Assembly: GCA_964016885.1 (NCBI GenBank)
Contig: OZ024741.1
Location: 122,822,001 to 122,886,000, forward strand
Reading direction: 5' to 3'
Length of the DNA: 64,000 bases
Source of the DNA: Eledone cirrhosa
Lineage: Eukaryota
Shown here piece after piece: positions 55,465 to 64,000 of the stretch. The notes under the pieces were generated by a model. The model did not search any database. It worked only from the letters and a program-made list of their open reading frames with translations, and was not told the origin of the DNA. The number at the start of each line of letters is the position of its first letter. Positions within the stretch are counted from its first letter, which is position 1. Position numbers and translations under genes: made by a program.

Positions 55465-58400
55465 AATTTGAAGTTATAATAAACATAACATTTCACAACG
55501 TGCCAAGCAGTGAGGCTAAACCCGAAATTACGATACGAATGTGATTCTATATTTTGTCGAGTACGAAATGTTGAGAGGACAATTGGTCTTGACAGGATAT
55601 GATCTCAAAACGTAAAAGCCGGATGAACTAGCTGAAGGCCTTCGTCCAACACGTTAATAATTCTGTCAATCCATCACCCTTAAATGGTTTATAAAGTACG
55701 CCCAACTCCAACAATTTAAGGAGCGAATGTCTATTAAATAGTTCCCAGTATTTGACTTGTACAATATGCTTCTACCCTAGAAGAATAGAATATGAAAATG
55801 ACCCTTATGGGAGTAGAACTCATAATATAAAGCCGTCACTCGCAATAGAGTATGACTTAGTAGCTGAATTATACTTTCACTATGTATTTTAGGTAAGCAT
55901 ACAGTCGCGTGCATAATAGACATCCGGGACGTCATAGCAGGAATTAGAAACAATCAAAAGGCTGCCCCAGCATTGGTTTTGTACTTTCTTTATCAACCCC
56001 GAAAAGATGAAAGATAAAGCAGATCTCAGTGGGATTTGATCTCACAATGTATAGAGCCGGAAACAACTTGCATATCAATAATCGTTTCTATATTATGCAT
56101 AAGTCAGCAATTTTGAAGGGAAGGCGAACGTCGATTAAATTGACCCCAGTGCGTTACTGGTGGTTTCTTTATTTTATCGACGTCGCTTGAAAGGCAAAGC
56201 TAACCTCAGCTGGATTTGAACTCAGATCCTAAAGGGCCGAAAGTATAGTCTGCAAAGCATGTTTTCCGAATCTCTACGAATACTGCCAATCCGCCGCTTT
56301 GATTTGCATATCAATAATAATGAATTTAATAGTATAAATTTAATAGCAATTCATAATGTCAGTAGTAGCATGTCCCAGGCAGTATACTCTTATTCTTTAA
56401 GTCTTTATTTGCCATTTTTTATTTCTTTCAATTTAATTCGAGTAGATTCTAATCATTTCCTGTGTAAAGATATTATTTCAAAATGTCACTGTGTTATCTA
56501 GACAGCAAGCGAAGATGACTGAAATAAAATTCGAGTCAGTTGATTGATTTTCAGTGATTTACCAGTAACACAAAAATCCAATTTAATTTTATCTTATTTT
56601 TATTATAACCAGATTCAATACACCAGAATATATTTCCACATATTTGGCAGGGGAAGTCAATTTTTTTTTTTTACGGAGATGTTCAATTATGACGTGGGGT
56701 GACTCTATTCATTCAAGAAAGACAATGACAATTGTGCAATTCCTCTGAACTACGAATTATCCTGCACGTGAAATGAATGTACATGAAACTGAGCATTGCA
56801 TTGACACGTGTATCTTTAACGGATATCTTTGGGAGATTCAGTTAGAAACAGTTTGGTACAAAGCTGGCACTATGCAATACACATACAACACATTTTTATC
56901 AGCTGAGTGAACTCGACGAATATGAAATAAAATGCATGGCTCAATGTTACAATGTGCCGCCTATAATAATAATAATGGTGCTCTTGACATTAAGATCGTT
57001 AGCCGAATACTCAGACCACTAAGCAACGTGTTTTTACAATATTTAGTAGAAACTCTGCTTTAAAAAATATCGGCCAGTACATTTTCCACTTGAGAGAGCA
57101 AAGCAAATCAAAATAGTGATTTGTGATATAGATACAAGATTTCGAATTGTTGGGATAACTAGAACCGATTATATCAATCAAATAATTCAGATTGACATCT
57201 TTCAATATAAACCAAATATATATATTTTCTATAATTATCGGCTCAATGCCTTTCATAAGGAGATAGGTTTAATGTTATATTCAACCCTTTCATTAAATGG
57301 CAGTGGGTTGGCAATATCGCTAGAGCGTTGAACAATAGGCTTTGCGGCATATAATTACATCCCTTTACGTCATGAGTTCAAATCCCACCGATATTAGCTT
57401 TACGTTTCTCCCTTACGGTGTCGATAAAATAAAGTACCTGTAACTGACTGGGGTAGATTTAATCAACGCTCCTCTCCCCCAAAATTGTTAGCCTTGTGCC
57501 TAAATCAGAAACCATATATAACCCTTTCATTGCCTTATTTCCATGGAAAAATAACTAGAGAAAATTTGAATTAATTAATGAAGAACACGGATAGATTTAT
57601 TATTAATTATTTCATTAGTAACATGGTATCTTTCCTTTAACTTAACAACAGATTTGTATATTAAATTGTGTTGGGCGATATAAAATTTGCAGATACCTTT
57701 AAAATTGTTATATTTGGCTCATAAAACTAGATGTGGTTTTGGACGGGCTGCATCAAACATGTGGGAAGGGTTAACACATTCACTAAATCTATGTAGCAAT
57801 AACTGTATATCTTTTTCTCTGTCTGTCACGCGGACCTTTAAGTCATTAAGAACATTCTAACATCGTATTTAGAATTCAATAACCATAAATGAAAGACAAA
57901 ATATAATGGGTTAATGATCGGCATTGTCTCCCAACTGTGCCGTCTATCCATGTCCTTCTACCTACCCGCTCTATATGTCTGTCTATTTTTCTATTTATCA
58001 CCTTATCTTTCTTTATCTAACTTTACATACACGTATACATACATGATGGCTGCAACTCTGCTAAGAGTTTTGATATCGCTTGTCAGATTACAGAAAATGG
58101 TGCACTTTTAGGCTACGAACAGCCACACGAGCCTGTAACATATGCTGCACAAGCAATACCTGTGGGGAAAGGACTTTCACTCGACCAATACCACTCTCTG
58201 AGCATCGAAAACACTACTCGAAAAGGAGAATTGGTCAACAACATTGGATGCTACCGAAGTAGCACGTCTTTTTTTGAGAGTTTTTCTCTCTTAGAAAGGT
58301 GTTGTGATAAAAACTGGAAGCCTTTCACTTACAGGGGAAAAAAAAGATGCACTATTTGGATGGTCGTTGACTTTAGGAAAAATTGCCAGCTGTGACTAAT

Positions 58401-58968
58401 GGAAACATACTATATAGTAAACTCACCTCATGAACTCATTATTAGTCAGGCTGAAACGGTCATTAATTGCAACCGCAGATTACGGCACTCGTTCAACAAG
58501 TGGTCTCTAGAACAGCAATAACATCCTATCCCTGCAGCTATCTACATCGCACTACCATTTAGTCCGCCTGCAATGTGTAGGCCTAAGTACAGTGTTTAAT
58601 GACGCTATTAACCAGACACCTTATTTTTACTTAGGCACTGCCCATCACCTACAGAGTTAGGCTCACCCTGCTAAACCATCTCTTTAGCTGGGATATATTA
58701 AACAGTTTAGGGTAATTTACTGCCTAGCACCGTGCAGTTACCTCCTCTAGTGGATTATGCCCCTTTCACCGGCGCTATTGTTGTTATTTTTTCGCCTACC
58801 ATGCAAGGAAACGTTAAACTAAGGGAATGATTCAAAACGGTATTTATACTTATTGATGACATTATATAATCAATTATTTCTCCGAGGAGTTTGTGTGGCC
58901 GAAACATGTGTAAGACTTATATAAAGAACTTGTTTTAACTGCTTGTAACTCCTTCATTCCTTCATTTG

Positions 58969-59004
<36 letters not shown>

Positions 59005-59182
59005 TATATTTTATATTTTATATTTTTATTATATATTTTTATTATTTTTATTGTATATTTTTATTGTATATTTTTACCCATAATATTTTTACCCATAATA
59101 TTGCAATACTTTATTGTATGTACACTCCATATTCTTCGGAGCTTCCGGCTTGTATCAGCCGATAATACTTCTTGTTGTTTTA

Positions 59183-59227
59183 ATTGCCCTGATGAGTCCT
59201 TAATAGGACGAAACATTGTCGGCTAAT
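59183..59227 (+). ncRNA. Minimal type-I hammerhead ribozyme with canonical core
   Basis: GCC-CTGATGA-GTCCT taat AGGAC-GAAAC-ATT-GTC-GGC, then AATAAA and (TA)n; predicted cleavage after C59220. Confidence 0.85.
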
Positions 59228-59268
59228 AAAGACTTTTGATGTATTGAAGGCTTCTTTGTTTTACTCTC

Positions 59269-59342
<74 letters not shown>

Positions 59343-59344
59343 AT

Positions 59345-59850
59345 TAAATATTTACTCTTGATTGGCCGGAGGTGTTTATTTCCAGGTACCTTATGAATTT
59401 GACTTTCCGTATTTATTACTGTTGTGAAATATTGTGGCTTTTTTTGGTTGTAACTTCTCTGTTTTTTAGCCTAAGAAAAAATATATATATGCCTACGTAT
59501 ATAATTACATGCATATATTTATTTATTTTCTTTTATTAATTGAGTTCTTTACACGAGGAATTAATATTGGTTTTGAAATAACTAATTAACCCGCGTGTGT
59601 TTTATATTTTACTCTTAATTCGGCCGGAGAATTATATTCCCATTTGCCCTTTATAGCATAACTTTCTGCATTTACTGCGGTTATGAGAAGCGGTTCTTAT
59701 TCGGGTACAACTTCTGATTTAGCCTAAGAAAATATCTATATGCGTGTGTAATTTATACAAGCATATATTCATTTTTTTTATTTTCAGTTGAGTTCTTAAA
59801 CACGTTGGATTGATAATGTTTTAAAAAAAACTAATTAACCCACGTGTATA
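59345..59850. repeat. Two diverged tandem units of ~255 bp
   Basis: tttactctt..ggccggag, ttagcctaagaaaa, gagttctt..cacg and actaattaaccc.cgtgt each occur twice about 250-260 bp apart. Confidence 0.8.
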
Positions 59851-60347
59851 TTATTTTTTTTCCTCATTTCGTGGATCGTGGGTTGTCTCCCCTTCCCGCT
59901 TCGTGTCGCTATGATACTTCCTCAGCAAAAAACTGCTGGAATTTCAAATTTGGCGGTCATTCGAGGCGAGAGAGAGTAACTTTACGGACACGATTTTTGA
60001 CAGCGGTAAGAAATTATTTTCTTATATCAAAGTTTAACGGGCTGCCACTGATGATTTATAAGTGCCCACCTAAATATATTCTTACATGAATATATATTAG
60101 GCTTCTACATAAACTGGAAACATTCTCCCAACTTGTAGAAAACTTATAATGAAACAATTGTTTGGAAAGAGATATACTTTAACTTTAATTATATCTCATA
60201 AAATAATACAACTGGTTTTTCCACATTATACATATTGTTAGCACCCCAAACACTTAAATTGGGTTTATATTTAAATATAACCTAATGTTTGTTGAGTGAG
60301 ATGGTCACCAGTCAGAGTTTAGCTTTAAACTATCTCTGTTATTGTAT

Positions 60348-60423
<76 letters not shown>

Positions 60424-61508
60424 CTAAGAACATAATACAGCTTTGTTATAATAAAGTGAAAAAAATTGATTAATGCTTTTTCCCTCCGTTGTATAACAAT
60501 GGGTTATGAAGTCTTAATAAAACCATTAACGTAGTGAATATAGAAAGTTCTGTTCTGTGAACAGTAGTGAAGAAATAAGCAGCATCGAAACACATTACAG
60601 ATTTCTACACTTGACGAAATATCACCTTGGAATCTTTATTCTTTACTTTCATTTGTTTTTATTTTCTTCTTTCCATTATCCATTATATATTTTACTTTAT
60701 ATTTTAGTTTCCAATCTTGTAGCAGTTAACTGTTACAAGACACCGGCATATTCACCGATGCTATTATTTTAGAAGCCTTTTCGATAGTTTTTTCCTATAA
60801 GTCTAATAACCATTGATTTTAGACATTTTCGTTAATATTTTAAAACCGTGGGAAGATTTCCTTTTAGCCACCCAACCAAACTAAACCAAACCATTTAACT
60901 TTCCGTCTACATGGTTTAAGATTTAACAGCTCTGGTGGCATTTAAACGTATCGAAATTATAATAGGATTTGGAAAAAAAGTGAAATTGTAAAATGATATT
61001 AACCAAAAATACTATAACAATAAGCAAGAGCCACATGTTTAACTAAAATGCGAAATCAATCATACAGTCCTGACACTGAATGTCAGGACGGTATGATTGA
61101 TTTCACATGTTCTTTTTTGTTTTATTTTAGATTGACTTATACTTTTTTTGTTTTAATTTGACTACCACTATCTACAGCGTATTACGAATATTAAAAGAAA
61201 GCTGTCAAAATCTTTCATACATGATATAGAAATTAGCCTTACATACATAACATTGAAATAATAGGTGAGGCATAGATAACTTTCATAGGTATGTGCACAA
61301 TTTAGTTATGTATTTTTATAAGCAATCTCAAGTGATTATTACAACTACAATTATTTTCACATCCAAGCATAATTTAACCAAAGAACATATCGGAATGTTA
61401 CGAATAAAATAATCACGACAGAATCCATTTAATATTTATTGTCTTGATAAATGTGAATAAAATATAGTCATTCGTTCTTGATTAGGATGGGATTGGTTAC
61501 TAAATAAT

Positions 61509-61702
61509 CCAGACCTGGCAACTCTAAAACCCCAAACGGGGAGTATCATGAAAAAAGTGCCATAAATCGGGGAGAAATGAGGCAAAATGGGGAGATTTTA
61601 CATAATGAAAGCTATACCTATTTCCACAAGAGAAGGCATATTTCATCCACTCCAATGTGGGTGTGAAATCTCCCCGTACGACGGAAGAGTTGACACGTCT
61701 GG
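61509..61702. mobile_element. MITE-like non-autonomous DNA transposon
   Basis: TIRs ccagacctggcaactct / agagttgacacgtctgg (2 mismatches); internal ggggag repeats; taat on both flanks. Confidence 0.65.
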
Positions 61703-63449
61703 TAATCCAACAATCTAAATGTATTAGAATCCCTTAAGGCATTCTCTAATATGCCGAGTTTATATTTCGTCCAATTTATCGCTCTGGATTTTCTAAATTA
61801 TTTAGCAATATCATGTAGGTGCCTGTTCAGTCCACTATATTTCACAAATATGCTTTTTTGTGCACATTTACCGCACACTGAGATAAGACACGTGGCATAG
61901 TTGTTAGGATGTGAGACTCATGATCCTGTGTTCAGGAGTTTTATCCTCGGCAGTGCGTTGGACACAATATGTTGTACCTGTAATTTAAGGTCTGACATAA
62001 TCTCACACTAAAACTCCTCGAGAATAAAATTAAAAGTACACGACTGCGGAATGCTTCGCAAATGTCACGTTAGTTTCATGAACAGGGTGTTGCTTTGATC
62101 AAAATGAACGTAACACTCAATGAAGAAACCGACGGAGGTCCAACACGCCTCCGCACAACACTTCAGTATAAATCAGAATGAGAAATCTAAGTTTCCGCTG
62201 AGCCAAACGAAAACGCCATTTATAACGCCAATGTGAACTGGCTAGTCTATGCAGGTAAATTTGATTTTAGTATCACTTGTGAGAAAATTGATATCTGTTA
62301 GTGGAAGCAATGTAAGTTGTAAACAAAAGCAGAATAGTCAATGTTATATTTGATTACATTTTTAAGAAGCTCAAGACTGATTTATTTCACACCAATTTTC
62401 ACTAAACCCTTCAGCATTCTTTCTGTTTGCACAAATATCGACATTACGTTTTCCTTGGAATGTTTTATCGTCGTGTTTTATTCAATAGAAGAACGTTTGG
62501 CTAATGGGAAAATCCATGCCTGTGTTTGAATATTAAACTAAATGTATAGCTACCTAACATTGATTTTGCTAACATGTGTGGTATTGACCACACATGGAGT
62601 CGTATTGACATACAACCATTCTCTCCAGGTTTGAATACAACAGATTTCCTTCAGAGAAAGATAGACGATGAGAGAATAGAAATAAGAGAGAAATATAGGG
62701 GAAGAAATAACCCCAGTATTCGACTGGTACTTTGTTTATCGAGCTTGAATGAAGGAAAATCGAAGTTTATTCGGCGGGATGTGAACTAATGGATCAGAGA
62801 GCCGAAACGACTAATTCAAGGCATTCTATTCGAAGTTCTAACAACACTGCCAAATCATTGTCTATGAATAAACAATACTATTTTGTAATTACAAAAGAAC
62901 GGCAAAGATGATGATCAAGATGAGTGAGAAAGACGTATGTGTCAACAACGAATTCAAAACATCAATTCATGAAGTGTCAAATGCCAGCAACCAACAGCAA
63001 ATAAATATAGCTTAATTCTTTCAAAGAATGAACACAAGAGATGATTAAGGAGTAAATCAAATGAAAGCTTAATTATTTATTTAGAATAAATATTACGGAG
63101 CAAAAATGAAGACGTTTGTCGACTATACACGCTAAAATAAAATGAAGTAATTATCAGGTGACATTCCATTAATTCAAGAATTTTACGTCCAGAAAATCGT
63201 AAAACATGAAGTGTTAAGCATTATACTAAAACTGAAGATGTTATATTTGAAATAAGTAAAAAACAACAACAAAAAAAAACGAACAAAAACGAAGATATGT
63301 GATGTACTTTACATTACATTTATTATGTCATCAACAACAGCCGCTCTGTCATGAACATTTTGTGAAGGATATTGCCATGTTGTCTATGTATGTCCAATGA
63401 AAACAATATTATTTTATTTCGTATCTACGGGAATACAGATAGCCCGGCG

Positions 63450-63540
<91 letters not shown>

Positions 63541-63541
<1 letters not shown>

Positions 63542-64000
63542 CCGAGGCGAAAACCATTCACTGTTCATCAGCTAGCTTGGAGTCGAAAATCTCCCTTCAT
63601 CTCTTTGCCAGATACTAAGAATATACTTTATCGGAGATCCTTAATAAGGAGATACTACTGTAATTGGAACAATCTCTCTTGTCTACCTTTCTGAAAATTA
63701 GGATTATCTCTCCCGATTGCCATTGCTTAGGTGCCCTTCCGGAGATCCAGACCACCCGTCACACACGAGTCAGCCAGAGAATCCCTTTTTTATTTAAGGC
63801 TTTTAACATCTCGGGCCAGATTTTGTCCTTCCCAAAGGCTTTGAGCTGTTTAACTGATTTTGCGAGCTCAGCCTCTAACAGATTAGTCACTACTCTTAGA
63901 TGCACATCGTGTACATCCGAACATGCTGTCGTAATCGGGTTTAAGAGATCAGAAAAGTATTCTCTTCACCTCACGAGGATCCACCTCTCTGGGGAGAAGA
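63541..64000 (-). mobile_element. RTE LINE RT fragment
   Basis: Minus strand reads EAELAKSVKQLKAFGKDKIWPEMLKAL..WISGRAPKQWQSGEIILIFRKVDKRDCSNYSSISLL..DKVY; related to 16480-17160. Confidence 0.8.

Noticed and set aside
58160-58400. Possible Tc1-like transposase N-terminus (MGKG..IGCYRS)
   Set aside because: Resemblance is weak; no DDE domain or TIR pair was identified.

Overview
AT-rich, microsatellite-saturated animal genomic DNA. The tRNA-derived SINE families and very long (TA)n/(CA)n/(TAA)n tracts suggest a cephalopod such as Octopus (inference). No host gene can be supported, and nearly all listed ORFs are low-complexity artefacts or pieces of decayed retroelements. Recognisable elements: a Tx1/L1-type LINE (1-~4900, minus); three tandem 3' ends of an R4/Dong-type RLE LINE embedded in (TAA)n, one interrupted by an RTE LINE with an 11-bp TSD; RTE and CRE-type fragments; a Neptune/Nematis-like Penelope-like element (PLE) arranged as a large inverted repeat (35.1-41.5 kb); a near full-length Naiad-type PLE (45.0-48.4 kb); many SINEs. 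The most notable layer is non-coding. There are about a dozen intact or degenerate type-I hammerhead ribozyme motifs, including a ~404-bp tandem/inverted hammerhead-bearing repeat resembling a non-LTR retrozyme (41.7-42.9 kb). There are also several short palindromes in (TA)n whose turn-around point lies in stem II of a half-hammerhead. All structures were read by eye and are not computationally validated.
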